Positions 19,269-29,934 of a stretch of DNA of 64,000 nucleotides are shown in pieces. The stretch is from an uncultured Pseudomonadota bacterium (GTDB lineage: Bacteria; Pseudomonadota; Alphaproteobacteria; JACZXZ01). Numbering within the stretch: position 1 is the first letter of the stretch; the number at the start of each line of letters is the position of its first letter. A program made the translations under genes and the position numbers. The notes under the pieces were generated by a model, which saw only the letters and a program-made list of their open reading frames with translations, did not search any database and was not told the DNA's origin. The stretch is from contig CAVVLJ010000021.1 in assembly GCA_963749075.1 (NCBI GenBank), forward strand, positions 384,001 to 448,000, in the 5' to 3' direction.

Positions 19269-20204
19269 CTATACCCTCTCGATGATGCGCTCGCCGAAGA
19301 GCCCTTGCGGCCGGAAGAGGAGGAAGACGAGGGCCAGCATATAGGCGATCCAGTCCTCGATGGCGCCGCCGAGCGGCGGGCCCCAGAAGACCTCGCCCAC
19401 CTTCTCGGCAGCCCCGACGATGAGCCCGCCGACGATGGCGCCCGGCACCGAGGTGAAGCCGCCCAGGATGAGCACCGGCAGCGCCTTGAGCGCCACCAGC
19501 GTCAAGGAGAACTGCACGCCGAGATTGGTGCCCCAGAGGATGCCGGCGACGAGCGCCACGAGGCCGGCAACCGTCCACACGATGACCCAGATCTGCTTCA
19601 AGGAGATGCCGACCGAGAGGGCCGCCTGATGGTCGTTGGCCACGGCGCGGAGTGCCCTGCCGATGCGCGTCTTCTGGAAGAAGACGGCGAGCACGGCCAC
19701 GAGCAGGCCGGCACTCGCCGCCGCCACCAGGTCGAACTTGTTGACGTTGATGACGCCGAGGTTGATCGGCCCGCTCGGCAGCCCGATGTCGAGCACGTGC
19801 ACGTCGCCGCCCCACAGCATCTGGCCGAAGCCCTCGAGGAAGAAGCTGATGCCGATGGTCGCCATGAAGAGGATGATCTCCGGCTGGTTGATGAGCGGGC
19901 GCAGCACCAGGCGCTCGACGACGAAGGCGAGCGCCGTCATCACCGCCATGGTGAGCACGGCAGCACACCAGATCGGCAGCTTGAGCTCGAGGAGGCCGAC
20001 GAAGGTGAGGGCGGCGAAGAGCACCATGGTGCCCTGCGCGAAGTTGAAGACGCCCGAGGCCTTGTAGATGAGCACGAAGCCCAGTGCGACGAGGGAATAC
20101 ATGACGCCGGTCAAGAGGCCGCCGACCAGCACCTCGAGGAAGAAGTCGGGGGCAGCTACGATCTGCGCGAAGGGGCCGATGGTGATGGCGTAGAGGAATT
20201 GCAT
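19269..20204 (-). CDS. LivH-type ABC permease
   Basis: YSLVALGFVLIYKASGVFNFAQG, FRPQGLFG. Confidence 0.93.
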   Translation of the reverse strand: MQFLYAITIGPFAQIVAAPDFFLEVLVGGLLTGVMYSLVALGFVLIYKASGVFNFAQGTMVLFAALTFVGLLELKLPIWCAAVLTMAVMTALAFVVERLVLRPLINQPEIILFMATIGISFFLEGFGQMLWGGDVHVLDIGLPSGPINLGVINVNKFDLVAAASAGLLVAVLAVFFQKTRIGRALRAVANDHQAALSVGISLKQIWVIVWTVAGLVALVAGILWGTNLGVQFSLTLVALKALPVLILGGFTSVPGAIVGGLIVGAAEKVGEVFWGPPLGGAIEDWIAYMLALVFLLFRPQGLFGERIIERV

Positions 20205-20239
20205 CGGTGCTATCCCTCACCCGGCTCGTTGCGCGCGCT

Positions 20240-20342
20240 ACCCCCCACCCCAACCCTCCCCCTCAAGGGGGGAGGGGGACGGCTTATCGACACGCGATGC
20301 ATCTTCCCTCCCCCCGTGAGGGGGAGGGTTGGGGAGGGGGGT
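20240..20342. repeat. Repeat family A copy
   Basis: ACCCCCCACCCCAACCCTCCCCCTCAAGGGGGGAGGGG...CCCTCCCCCCGTGAGGGGGAGGGTTGGGGAGGGGGGT. Confidence 0.85.
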
Positions 20343-20366
20343 ACGCCCTGCATCGCCGCCTCCCCT

Positions 20367-21167
20367 TCACTCATGGCTTACCCCGAGATAGGCCTCGATG
20401 ACGGCCTGGTCGGCGCGCACCTCGTCGGGGGTGCCGTCGGCGATCTTGCGGCCGTAGTCGAGCACCACGATGCGGTCGGAGATGTCCATCACCACGCCCA
20501 TGTCGTGCTCGATGAGGGCGATGGTGGTGCCGAACTCCTCGTTCACGTCGAGGATGAAGCGGCTCATGTCCTCCTTCTCCTCGACGTTCATGCCGGCCAT
20601 GGGCTCGTCGAGGAGGAGGAGCTCGGGCTCGGCGGCGAGTGCCCTGCCGAGCTCGACGCGCTTCTGCAGGCCGTAGGGGAGCCGCCCGACCGGCACCTTG
20701 CGGATGGCCTGGATCTCGAGGAAGTCGATGATCTCCTCGGCGAAGCGGCGGTGGCGCACCTCCTCGCGCGCCGAGGGACCTATGTGCAGCGCGTCGAGGA
20801 GGACGTTGCTGCGCATCTTGAGGAGGCGCCCGGTCATGATGTTGTCGAGCGTCGACATGCCGCGGAAGAGGGCGATGTTCTGGAAGGTGCGCGCGATGCC
20901 GCTCTTGGCGGCGTCGTGCGGGCGCATGTGGTGCACGGCCTTCCCCTTATAGGCGATGGTGCCGCGCTGCGGCTTGTAGAAGCCGTTGATGCAGTTGAGC
21001 ATGGAGCTCTTGCCGGCGCCGTTCGGGCCGATGATGGCGCGGATCTCGCCCTTGCGGATGTCGAAGCTCACGTCCGAGAGGGCGGCGACGCCGCCGAAGG
21101 AGAGGCTCAAATCCTCGACCCTCAGGAGCACGTCCCCGATGCTGCGCCCGGCGCTCGCGGCTGCCAT
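20367..21167 (-). CDS. LivG-type ABC ATPase
   Basis: FGGVAAL, GPNGAGKS, ARTFQNIALF, LLDEPMAGMN, IEHDM. Confidence 0.93.
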   Translation of the reverse strand: MAAASAGRSIGDVLLRVEDLSLSFGGVAALSDVSFDIRKGEIRAIIGPNGAGKSSMLNCINGFYKPQRGTIAYKGKAVHHMRPHDAAKSGIARTFQNIALFRGMSTLDNIMTGRLLKMRSNVLLDALHIGPSAREEVRHRRFAEEIIDFLEIQAIRKVPVGRLPYGLQKRVELGRALAAEPELLLLDEPMAGMNVEEKEDMSRFILDVNEEFGTTIALIEHDMGVVMDISDRIVVLDYGRKIADGTPDEVRADQAVIEAYLGVSHE

Positions 21168-21181
21168 CAGGGCGCTATCCC

Positions 21182-23221
21182 TCAGCTCGCCTTCCTGAGG
21201 GGGGCCGGCTCCACGGCCGCGGCACCCGCCGGCGGGAAGCCCGCGGCGTCGGCCAGCCTGAGCGTCGCGCGCACCGTGCCCGTGCGGCCGTCCTCGAAGC
21301 GCATCTGGGTCTCGACGTCGCATTCCGTGCGCCCGGAATAGAGCGCCTCGACGAGGGTCTCGTACTTCTCGGCGATGAAGCGGCGGCGCACCTTGCGCGT
21401 GCGGGTGAGCTCGCCGTCGTCGGCGTCGAGCTCCTTGCGCAAGAGGAGATAGCGCCGGATCTGCGAGCCGGCCAACGCCGGATCCGCCGCGAGGTCGCGG
21501 TTGACCGCCTCGACGTTCTCCTTGATGAGGGCATAGACCTCGGGCTTGCCAGCGAGCTCGCCGAAGCTCGTATAGGCGAGGCCGCGCCGCTCGGCCCAGT
21601 TGCCCACGGCCCCGAGATCGATGCTGATGAAGGCGGCGGCGAAGTCGCGGCCGTCGCCGAAGGCCACCGCCTCGCGGATGTAGGGGAAGAACTTGAGCTT
21701 GTTCTCGAGGTACTTGGGCGCGAAGATCGTGCCGTCGTTGAGGCGGCCCACGTCCTTGGCGCGGTCGATGATCTTGAGCTGGCCGTGCTGGTCGATGTAG
21801 CCGGCGTCGCCCGTGCGCACCCAGCCGTCGGGCGTCTTGGCGGCGGCCGTGGCCTCGGGGTTCTTGTAGTACTCGACGAAGACGCCGGGGCTCCGGAACA
21901 TCACCTCGCCGCTCTCGGCGATCTTGAGCTCGACGCCGTTCACCGGGCGGCCCACGGTCTCGGGCCAGATCTCGCGGTTGGGCTGGATGGTGACGAAGAC
22001 CGAGGCCTCGGTCGAGCCGTAGAGCTGCTTGATGTTGATGCCGAGCGAGCGATAGAAGATGAAGATGTCGGGCCCGATCGCCTCGCCCGCGGTATAGGCG
22101 AGCCTCAAGCGGCTCATGCCGAGCGTGTTCTTGAGCGGGCCGTATACGAGAAGCGCGCCCAGCCAATAGAGCAAGCGGTCCTTGAGCGGGACCGCCTTGC
22201 CGTCGAGGATGGCGGGGCCCACGCGCCGCGCCAGCGCCATGAAGGACTTGAAGAGGCGGCGCTTGAGCGCGCCCGCGTCCTCCATGCGGATCATCACGCC
22301 GGTCAGGATGTTCTCCCAGATGCGCGGCGGGGCGAAGAAATAGGTCGGGCCGATCTCGCGCAGGTCCTGCATGACGGTGGCGCCCGATTCCGGGCAGGCG
22401 ATGCAGAAGCCGGTGCAATAGGCCTGCGCCACCGAGAAGACGTTGTCGCCGACCCAGGCCATGGGGAGATAGGCAAGCGCCACGTCGCGCTCGCCCAAGC
22501 CCTCGAGCTCGGCGGCGCTGTCCGCGGTCAGGATGAGATTGTCGAAGGAGAGGATGACGCCCTTGGGCTGACCGGTGGTGCCGGAGGTGTAGTAGAAGCT
22601 CGCGATGTCGCTGCCCTTGCCCTTGGCGACCTCCCTCAAGAAGAATTCGGGGTTGGCCGCGTCGAACTTTTGGCCCTCCTCCTCGAGTGCCGCGAGGCTC
22701 GAGAGGGCCGGCTGGCGGTAGTTCCGCAAGCCCCGCGGGTCGTCGTAGACGATGCGCTCGACGCCCTTGCAGCGCTCCATCACCTCGAGGAGCTTGTCGA
22801 CCTGCTCCTGGTCCTCGGCGACGGCGAAGCGCACCTCGGCGTGCGCGAGGACGAACTCCATCTCGCCGGCGTTGGCGTCCTGGTAGATCGGCACCGGCAC
22901 GGCGCCGAGCGCCTGGGCCGCCACCATCGACCAGTAGAGATGGGGGCGGTTGTCGCCGACCACGGCGAGCTTGTCGCCGCGCTCGAGACCCGCCGCGGCG
23001 AGGCCGCAGGCGATGCGGCGCACCTCAAGAAGCGTCTCGGCCCAGCTCCAGCTCTGCCAGATGCCGAAATCCTTCTCCCGCATGGCCGGGCGCTCGGGGC
23101 GCAGCTTGGCGTGGCGCAGCAGGAGCTTGGGGAAAGTGTCGAGCCCGGGAGACCCGGGCCTCGTCCCCTCGGGCGCCGCGGGCTTGGCGCCCTCGGGCGA
23201 TGCGTAGAGCTCGGCAGCCAT
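21182..23221 (-). CDS. Long-chain fatty acid-CoA ligase (AMP-binding)
   Basis: YTSGTTGQPKG, YGSTE, TGDAG, DRAKD, ELTRTRKVRR. Confidence 0.92.
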   Translation of the reverse strand: MAAELYASPEGAKPAAPEGTRPGSPGLDTFPKLLLRHAKLRPERPAMREKDFGIWQSWSWAETLLEVRRIACGLAAAGLERGDKLAVVGDNRPHLYWSMVAAQALGAVPVPIYQDANAGEMEFVLAHAEVRFAVAEDQEQVDKLLEVMERCKGVERIVYDDPRGLRNYRQPALSSLAALEEEGQKFDAANPEFFLREVAKGKGSDIASFYYTSGTTGQPKGVILSFDNLILTADSAAELEGLGERDVALAYLPMAWVGDNVFSVAQAYCTGFCIACPESGATVMQDLREIGPTYFFAPPRIWENILTGVMIRMEDAGALKRRLFKSFMALARRVGPAILDGKAVPLKDRLLYWLGALLVYGPLKNTLGMSRLRLAYTAGEAIGPDIFIFYRSLGINIKQLYGSTEASVFVTIQPNREIWPETVGRPVNGVELKIAESGEVMFRSPGVFVEYYKNPEATAAAKTPDGWVRTGDAGYIDQHGQLKIIDRAKDVGRLNDGTIFAPKYLENKLKFFPYIREAVAFGDGRDFAAAFISIDLGAVGNWAERRGLAYTSFGELAGKPEVYALIKENVEAVNRDLAADPALAGSQIRRYLLLRKELDADDGELTRTRKVRRRFIAEKYETLVEALYSGRTECDVETQMRFEDGRTGTVRATLRLADAAGFPPAGAAAVEPAPLRKAS

Positions 23222-23433
23222 GGCGCCTCCTTGCGCGACGGCGCCGGGGATGGCCGGTGAGGGGCCCCTCGGAGGTGCCGGCGCGCCGAGGCGCATGGGC
23301 CGCACCCGACCGAGGCGTCCTTCGCCCCAAGACCCGCCCGCCCGGCGCCTCCCTGGCCTGTTCGCTACGTGGTTCTTCGTGGCCGGCGATCACGAGTAGG
23401 CCCACTGGTACGCGGCAATCCTGCCGGGGTCAA

Positions 23434-23589
23434 GTCTCCCTCTCCTCCTTCAGGAGGAGAGGGTCGGGGTGAGGAGGCGGTTTTGCAAGGCACATCGTCG
23501 GTCGCAAAGGCCCATAAACGCCGCGCCTCCTCACCCTCCCATTCCTTCGGGATGGGACCCGCCCTCTCCTCCTGAAGGAGGAGTGGGAC
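23434..23589. repeat. Repeat family A variant with arms in the same order as around the DUF559 gene (MITE-like)
   Basis: CCCTCTCCTCCTTCAGGAGGAGAGGGTCGGGGTGAGG ...~55 bp... CCTCACCC..hairpin..CCCTCTCCTCCTGAAGGAGGAGTGGG. Confidence 0.75.
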
Positions 23590-23602
23590 AAACCTCGTCT
23601 CG

Positions 23603-23998
23603 CTAGGCGTGCGGCACCACCGCGGTGGCCTCGATCTCGACCTTGGCGCGCTCCTCGACGAGGGCCGAGACCTCGACCAGCGTCATGGCGGGGAAATGGT
23701 TGCCCATCACCGCGCGGTAGGCCCGGCCGACCTCGGCGAGGTTGGCTAGATACTCCTGTCCGTCGGTCACGTACCAGCTCATGCGGCAGACGTGCTGGGG
23801 TCCGGCACCCGCCTCGGCCAGCACGGCCAGCACGTTGACGAGCGCCTGGCGCACCTGGCCGGCGAGGCTGTCGGTCTCGATGCGGCCGGCGGGGGTCCAG
23901 CCGATCATGCCGGCCGCGAAGACGAGGCGGCCTTCAGCCGCGATGCCGTTGCTGTAGCCCTTCGGGCGCGGCCAGCCCGGCGGTTGCAGGACCTGCAT
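23603..23998 (-). CDS. RidA family protein
   Basis: LQPPGWPRPKGYSNG...FPAMTLVEV...KVEIEATA. Confidence 0.93.
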   Translation of the reverse strand: MQVLQPPGWPRPKGYSNGIAAEGRLVFAAGMIGWTPAGRIETDSLAGQVRQALVNVLAVLAEAGAGPQHVCRMSWYVTDGQEYLANLAEVGRAYRAVMGNHFPAMTLVEVSALVEERAKVEIEATAVVPHA

Positions 23999-24073
23999 GG
24001 ATCGTCACCCCCGTTTGTGTTCGTCCGGCCTGGCGCGCCGCCAGCGCGCCGACTCCAACGGCCCACCTCTCCT

Positions 24074-24155
24074 CGTCATGCCCGCGAAGGCGGGCATCCA
24101 CGTCTTCTTTCGCTGGCTGCGAGAGGTGGATGGCCGGCCTTCGCCGGCCATGACG
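24074..24155. repeat. CGTC-tagged REP doublet
   Basis: CGTCATGCCCGCGAAGGCGGGCATCCAC ... GTGGATGGCCGGCCTTCGCCGGCCATGACG. Confidence 0.85.
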
Positions 24156-24237
24156 CCCCACGATGAAGACGCGGGGTCAACTGCGATCGGCCGCCCCAAC
24201 GTCGCGCCCTCAAAAGCTCTTGAACCGCGCCGCCCAT

Positions 24238-24257
24238 TTATTTTAGACTTAAAATAA
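24238..24257. promoter_or_regulatory. Palindromic operator, probably bound by the downstream MarR
   Basis: TTATTTTA-GACT-TAAAATAA perfect inverted repeat in AT-rich divergent promoter region. Confidence 0.65.
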
Positions 24258-24305
24258 CTGGCCGGCAAGCCACCCAAGGGAAATGGCCGGAGGGGGATCG
24301 TGGTC

Positions 24306-25142
24306 ATGGCAGGCGAAGCGGTGTCGGGGGCGGTCGAGCTCGAGGGCCGAGCACCCGCGCCGGAGGCAGCACTCGCCGGGCGCCATGCGCTGGTCACCGG
24401 CGGCGGGCGCGGCATCGGCGAGGCGATCGCCGGTCGGCTCGCGGCACTCGGCGCCGAGCTCACCCTGGTCGGCCGCTCCGCTCGGACGCTCGAGCTTGCC
24501 GCGGCGCGCCTCGAGGCGGCCCATGGCCGCAAGGTGGCGACCGCGGCGGCCGAGGTGACGGACGCGCCCGCGGTAGCGGCGGCCTTCGAGCGCGCGGGCG
24601 CCGTCCACGGCGCGCCGCTCATCCTCGTGAACAACGCCGGTGCCGCGAAGAGCGCGGCCTTCCTCAAGACTAGCCGAGCCCTGTGGGACGAGATGCTGGC
24701 GGTCAACCTCACGGGCGCCTATCTCGCGAGCTCGGCAGCGCTCCCCGGCATGCTCGCGGCGGGCTGGGGCCGCATCGTCAATATTGCCTCCACGGCGGGC
24801 CTAGTCGGCTACCGCTACGTCGCCGCCTATTGTGCCGCCAAGCACGGGCTCATCGGCCTGACGAGGGCCCTCGCCCTCGAGCTCGCGGCGAAGGGCATCA
24901 CGGTGAACGCGGTCTGCCCCGGCTTCACCGATACGGACCTCCTCGCAGCGGCCGTCGGCGACATCGCGAGGGCGACGGGCCGCAGCACCGCCGCGGCGCG
25001 CGCCGAGCTCGCGGCACGCAATCCCCAGGGGCGCCTGGTGACGCCGGCCGAGGTCGCCGATGCGGTCGCCTGGCTCTGTCTCCCCGCCTCGGGCGCCGTC
25101 ACCGGCCAGAGCATCGCGGTCGCCGGCGGCGAGGTGACGTGA
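24306..25142 (+). CDS. SDR oxidoreductase (3-hydroxyacyl-CoA dehydrogenase-like)
   Basis: [17 protein letters not shown]. Confidence 0.9.
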   Translation: MAGEAVSGAVELEGRAPAPEAALAGRHALVTGGGRGIGEAIAGRLAALGAELTLVGRSARTLELAAARLEAAHGRKVATAAAEVTDAPAVAAAFERAGAVHGAPLILVNNAGAAKSAAFLKTSRALWDEMLAVNLTGAYLASSAALPGMLAAGWGRIVNIASTAGLVGYRYVAAYCAAKHGLIGLTRALALELAAKGITVNAVCPGFTDTDLLAAAVGDIARATGRSTAAARAELAARNPQGRLVTPAEVADAVAWLCLPASGAVTGQSIAVAGGEVT

Positions 25143-25669
25143 TGGCGGCGCTCACGCACGTGCCCGCGCGGCGGCCCGACTGCGAGAGTGCCGTGCGCCG
25201 CGACGACCGCCTGGAGCTGCGCGTCTGGCTGCGCCTCCTCACCTGCGCCAACCTGATCGAGAACCGCGTGCGCCAGCGCCTGCGCAAGACCTTCGAGATG
25301 ACCCTCCCGCGCTTCGACCTGCTCGCCCAGCTCGAGCGCGCGCCGGACGGCCTCACCATGGGCGAGCTCTCCCGCCGGCTCATGGTGACGAACGGCAACG
25401 TCACCGGCCTCATCGACCGCATGGCGGGAGAAGAGCTCGTCGAGCGCACGGCGGCGCCGGGCGACCGGCGCGTCCAGCTCGTGCGCCTCACCGCCGCCGG
25501 ACGCCGCGCTTTCGATGCCATGACCCTCGAGCACGGCAGTTGGATAGTCGCCATGATGGGCGATCTCGGCCGCAAGGAGATGGCCCAGCTCTATTCCCTC
25601 CTCGCCAAGCTCAAGGGGTCGGTCGAGGACGCCGGGCGGCGCGATGCTGCGCCGGCGGAGAGGCCGTGA
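25142..25669 (+). CDS. MarR family regulator
   Basis: LRVWLRLL...TLPRFDLLAQL...MVTNGNVTGLIDR...DRR. Confidence 0.92.
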   Translation: MAALTHVPARRPDCESAVRRDDRLELRVWLRLLTCANLIENRVRQRLRKTFEMTLPRFDLLAQLERAPDGLTMGELSRRLMVTNGNVTGLIDRMAGEELVERTAAPGDRRVQLVRLTAAGRRAFDAMTLEHGSWIVAMMGDLGRKEMAQLYSLLAKLKGSVEDAGRRDAAPAERP

Positions 25670-25685
25670 GCGGCGGGCACCGGCG

Positions 25686-27389
25686 GTGAGCGGGACACCC
25701 TTCCTCCCCGAAGCGCCGAGCGCGCAGCGGGACGGCTTTGCGCGCGCGAGCCTGCCGCCGCGCGAGCTATGGCCGCGCATGGATTACGGCACGCTGCCGG
25801 AGCTCAACGCCTACGAGAGCCGCATCAATGCCGCGGCAAGCCTCCTCGGCCGCCAGCTCGCGGCCGGGCGCGGCAGCCGGCCGGCGATCTATTTCGAGGA
25901 TGCGGTGTGGAGCTATGCAGCACTCAACGAGCGCTCGGACCGCATCGCGCGCGTGCTGGTGGAGGAGCTCGGACTGGTTTCCGGCAACCGCGTCCTCCTT
26001 CGCGCGCCCAACAACCCGATGATGGCGGCGGCCTGGCTCGCGGTGCTCAAGGCGGGCGGCATCGCGGTCGCCACCATGCCGCTCCTGCGTGCCCGCGAGC
26101 TCGCCTTCATCGTGGAGAAGGCCGGCGTCGCCCTGGCGCTCTGCGACGTGGCCCTCGCCGTGGAGATGGAGGCGACGCGCAAGCGCTCCTCAGCACTCGC
26201 GCGCGTGAGCTACTTCAGCAAGTTGGGCCAAGGCCCTTCGGCCGAGGCCAACCTCGACCGCCGCGTGGAGAAGACAGGCACCGGCTTCGCTCCGGTTGCG
26301 ACCGCGGCCAACGACGTGGCGCTCATCGCCTTCACCTCGGGCACCACGGGTGAGCCCAAGGGCACCATGCATTTCCACCGCGACGTGATGGCGATGTGCG
26401 ACTGCTTCCCGCGCTACCTCCTCAAGGAGAGTGCCGCCGACATCTCGACGGGCTCGCCGCCGCTCGCCTTCACCTTCGGACTCGGCGCCATGCTGTGCTT
26501 CCCGCTGCACACGGGCGGCGCCACGGTGCTGCTCGAGAGGTTCACGCCCGATGCGCTGCTCGAGGCCGTGACGCGCTACCGGGCGACGACGCTCTACAGC
26601 GCTCCGACCGGCTACCGCGCCATGACCGAGCTCGCCCGGCGCCACGATCTCGCGAGCCTCACGAAATGCATCTCGGCCGGCGAGACGCTGCCGCTCCCCA
26701 CCTTCGAGGGCTGGCGCCAGGCGACCGGCCTCAAGATCGTCGACGGCCTGGGCTCGACCGAGATGCTGCACATGTTCGTCTCGGCCGCGGGCGACGGCAT
26801 CAAGCCGGGCACCACGGGGAAGGCCGTGCCGGGCTACGAGGCCCGCGTGGTGGACGGCGACGGCAACCCGCTGCCGCCGGGAGAGCCCGGCAATCTCGCG
26901 GTGCGCGGCCCGACGGGCTGCCGCTACCTCGCCAATCCCGAGCGCCAGCGGAGCTACGTGCGCGGCGGCTGGAATTACCCCGGCGATCTCTACGTGGCAG
27001 GGGAGGACGGCTACTTGCGCTACCAGGCGCGCGCCGACGACATGATCATCTCGGCCGGCTACAACATCTCGGGCCCCGAGGTCGAGGCGGTGCTGCTCGA
27101 CCATCCGCTCGTGCGCGAATGCGCCGTCGTCGCCTCGCCCGACGCGGAGCGCGGCTTCATCGCCAAGGCCTTCGTCGTGCTGCGCGATGCGGGCGAGGCG
27201 GCACCCGCCGCCGCGAAGGCGCTGCAGGACTTCGTCAAGGGCGAGATAGCGCCCTACAAATATCCGCGCGCCGTCGAGTTCGTCGACGCCCTGCCGCGCA
27301 CCGAGACCGGCAAGGTGCAGCGCTTCAAGCTGCGCCAGGCCGAGCTTGAAAAAGCTCACCGGGTAGGGCACGGAGAAGGAAAGCGATGA
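25686..27389 (+). CDS. 2-aminobenzoate/aryl-CoA ligase (AbmG-like)
   Basis: FTSGTTGEPKGTMHFHRD, SPPLAFTFGLG, DGLGSTEMLH; adjacent to the flavoprotein hydroxylase. Confidence 0.85.
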   Translation: MSGTPFLPEAPSAQRDGFARASLPPRELWPRMDYGTLPELNAYESRINAAASLLGRQLAAGRGSRPAIYFEDAVWSYAALNERSDRIARVLVEELGLVSGNRVLLRAPNNPMMAAAWLAVLKAGGIAVATMPLLRARELAFIVEKAGVALALCDVALAVEMEATRKRSSALARVSYFSKLGQGPSAEANLDRRVEKTGTGFAPVATAANDVALIAFTSGTTGEPKGTMHFHRDVMAMCDCFPRYLLKESAADISTGSPPLAFTFGLGAMLCFPLHTGGATVLLERFTPDALLEAVTRYRATTLYSAPTGYRAMTELARRHDLASLTKCISAGETLPLPTFEGWRQATGLKIVDGLGSTEMLHMFVSAAGDGIKPGTTGKAVPGYEARVVDGDGNPLPPGEPGNLAVRGPTGCRYLANPERQRSYVRGGWNYPGDLYVAGEDGYLRYQARADDMIISAGYNISGPEVEAVLLDHPLVRECAVVASPDAERGFIAKAFVVLRDAGEAAPAAAKALQDFVKGEIAPYKYPRAVEFVDALPRTETGKVQRFKLRQAELEKAHRVGHGEGKR

Positions 27390-27394
27390 AGAGA

Positions 27395-27477
27395 ACCACA
27401 AAGGCACAAAGGCACAAAGAAGAACGCGAATGCGCTTCGCGCAAGAATGTGCCTTCGTGCCTTAGTGTCTTTGTGGT
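27395..27477. repeat. Inverted repeat built of tandem 8-bp units (family D)
   Basis: ACCACAAAGGCACAAAGGCACAAAG ... CTTCGTGCCTTAGTGTCTTTGTGGT. Confidence 0.75.
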
Positions 27478-27498
27478 CTTTCCTCCCTACAGTGCGGC

Positions 27499-29757
27499 AT
27501 GAAGATCGCGTGCCTGGGCGGCGGGCCGGGCGGGCTCTACGCCGCCATCCTCATGAAGAAGGCCGAGCCGCACGCCGACATCGCGGTCTACGAGCGCAAC
27601 CGAACCGGCGACACCTTCGGCTTCGGCGTCGTCTTCTCGGACGCCACGCTCGCCAATCTCGGCGAGGCCGACGGCGAGAGCTATGCGGAGATCCGCCGGC
27701 ACTTCGCCCACTGGGACGACATCGACATCCATGTGAAGGGCGAGGTCCTGAGCTCGACCGGCCACGGCTTCTGCGGCTGCCCGAGGAAGGTGCTGCTCAA
27801 CATCCTCCAGGCGCGCGCCGCCGCCCTCGGCGTCCGCCTCTTATTCGAGCACCCGTTCGACGATATCGCACCCTTCGCCGATTGCGATCTCGTGGTGGCG
27901 GCGGACGGCGTCAACTCAAGCCTGCGCCGGAAATACGCCGAGGCCTTCGAGCCGCACGCCGAGAGCGGCGCCAACCGCTTCATCTGGCTCGGCACGCGGG
28001 CGCGTTTTCCCGCCTTCACCTTCATCTTCAAGGAGAACGAGCACGGCCTCTGGCGCGTGCACGCCTATCAATACGCGGCGGGGGAGGCCACCTTCATCGT
28101 CGAGTGCACGGCTGAAACCTTCGCCAAAAGCGGCCTCGCCGACGACGACGAGGCAGGGGCGCTCGCCTATTGCGAGCGGCTCTTCGCGCGCGAGCTCGGC
28201 GGCGCGGCGCTGCTGCCCAACCGCTCCATCTGGCGCAATTTCCCCGAGGTGCGCACCGGGCGCTGGCATTTCGGCAAGGTGGTCCTCCTCGGAGATGCCG
28301 CGCATACGGCGCATTTCTCCATCGGCTCGGGCACCAAGCTCGCCATGGAGGATGCCATCGCCCTCTCGGCAGCACTCGCGCGCCATGCCGGCGACGTGCC
28401 CGCAGCGCTTCTGGCTTACGAGGCGGCGCAGCGGCCCGAGGTCGAGGCGGTGCAGCGCGCCGCGCGCGTGAGCCAGCGCTGGTTCGAGGAGAGCGAGCGC
28501 TATCACGCCCACCTCGAGCCGCTCGAGTTCGCCTTCAGCCTATTGACCCGCTCGCTGCGCATCAGCCACGAGAGCCTCAAGCTGCGCGATGCCGCCTTCG
28601 TGGCCGCGGTCGACCGCTGGTACGCGGCGAAGGCGGCCAACCAGTCGGGCGTCAACATCCCGACGGCGCCCCCGCCGCCGCCCATGTTCACGCCCTTCCG
28701 CCTGCGCGAGATGGTGCTGCAGAACCGCGTCGTGGTGTCGCCCATGTGCCAGTATTCGGCCGCGGACGGCACCGTCGGCGACTGGCACCTCGTGCATCTC
28801 GGAAGCCGCGCTCTCGGCGGCGCCGGCCTCGTGATGTCGGAGATGACGGACGTGAGCCCCGAGGCGCGCATCACGCCCGGCTGCGCCGGCATGTGGAAGC
28901 CCGAGCACGCGGCGGCCTGGCGCCGCATCGTCGAGTTCGTCCACCGCGGGAGCTTCGCCAAGATCGGCCTGCAGCTCGCGCATGCCGGGCGGAAGGGTGC
29001 TACGCGGCTCTCCTGGGAGGGTGCGGACGAGCCGCTCGCGGCCGCCGCCTGGCCCCTGCTGGCACCCTCGCCCATCCCCTATCTCGCCGAGAGCCAGGTG
29101 CCGCGCGCCATGACGAGCACCGACATGGAGAAGGTGTGCCGCGACTTCGTAGCATCGGCACTGCTCGCCGAGGAGGCCGGCTTCGATCTTCTCGAGCTCC
29201 ACTTCGCCCACGGCTATCTCCTCTCCTCCTTCCTCTCGCCGCTCACCAACCGGCGCGAGGACGCCTACGGCGGCAGCCTCGAGAACCGCATGCGCTTTCC
29301 CCTCGAGGTGTTCGCCGCGGTGCGCGCGGCATGGCCGGCAGCGAAGCCGATCTCGGTGCGCATCTCGGCGACCGACTGGGTGCCGGGCGGCTTCGCGGGC
29401 GGCGATGCGGTGCGTCTCGCCGCAGCGCTCAAGGCGCTCGGCTGCGACATCGTCAACGTCTCGGCGGGCCAGGTGGTGCCCGAGCAGGCGCCCGCTTACG
29501 GCCGCCTCTTCCAGACGCCGTTCTCCGAGCGCGTGCGCCTCGAGGCCGGCATCCCCACCATGACCGTCGGCAACATCTCGACCTTCGAGGACGTGAACGG
29601 CGTGCTCGCCGCCGGTCGCGCCGATCTCTGCGTCTTGGCGCGCGCGCACCTCTACGATCCCTATTGGACGCGCCACATGGCGGCGAAGCAGGGCTACGCG
29701 ATCGCCTGGCCCAAGCCCTACCACACCATCGACGGCTACGAGCCGCGCTTCATGTGA
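27499..29757 (+). CDS. Bifunctional salicylyl-CoA 5-hydroxylase / anthraniloyl-CoA monooxygenase-reductase
   Basis: [38 protein letters not shown] monooxygenase fused to an OYE domain ([17 protein letters not shown]). Confidence 0.92.
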   Translation: MKIACLGGGPGGLYAAILMKKAEPHADIAVYERNRTGDTFGFGVVFSDATLANLGEADGESYAEIRRHFAHWDDIDIHVKGEVLSSTGHGFCGCPRKVLLNILQARAAALGVRLLFEHPFDDIAPFADCDLVVAADGVNSSLRRKYAEAFEPHAESGANRFIWLGTRARFPAFTFIFKENEHGLWRVHAYQYAAGEATFIVECTAETFAKSGLADDDEAGALAYCERLFARELGGAALLPNRSIWRNFPEVRTGRWHFGKVVLLGDAAHTAHFSIGSGTKLAMEDAIALSAALARHAGDVPAALLAYEAAQRPEVEAVQRAARVSQRWFEESERYHAHLEPLEFAFSLLTRSLRISHESLKLRDAAFVAAVDRWYAAKAANQSGVNIPTAPPPPPMFTPFRLREMVLQNRVVVSPMCQYSAADGTVGDWHLVHLGSRALGGAGLVMSEMTDVSPEARITPGCAGMWKPEHAAAWRRIVEFVHRGSFAKIGLQLAHAGRKGATRLSWEGADEPLAAAAWPLLAPSPIPYLAESQVPRAMTSTDMEKVCRDFVASALLAEEAGFDLLELHFAHGYLLSSFLSPLTNRREDAYGGSLENRMRFPLEVFAAVRAAWPAAKPISVRISATDWVPGGFAGGDAVRLAAALKALGCDIVNVSAGQVVPEQAPAYGRLFQTPFSERVRLEAGIPTMTVGNISTFEDVNGVLAAGRADLCVLARAHLYDPYWTRHMAAKQGYAIAWPKPYHTIDGYEPRFM

Positions 29758-29934
29758 GCGGCGGCGAGCGGCCCCGCATCTTGCATGTGGGCCGCCGCCA
29801 ACCACATGAAGGGGGGGAGCCCCGCGCAGCGGTACCGCGGCGGGATTGCCTAAAATCCGAGCCTTGCGACGTGCTGGGCTCGGCAAGCGCGTAGTGTGCT
29901 ATACTTCCTTCGGGTTCGGGCTGGGAGGCGGATC

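Noticed and set aside
17136-21341. Very long overlapping ORFs (e.g. 17136-19226, 17404-20253, 19305-21341; also 33924-37265, 50746-53604, 58773-61838)
   Set aside because: Antisense or alternative-frame shadows of recognisable genes, expected at this GC content; Arg/Ala/Pro-rich with no motifs beyond the real genes embedded in some of them.
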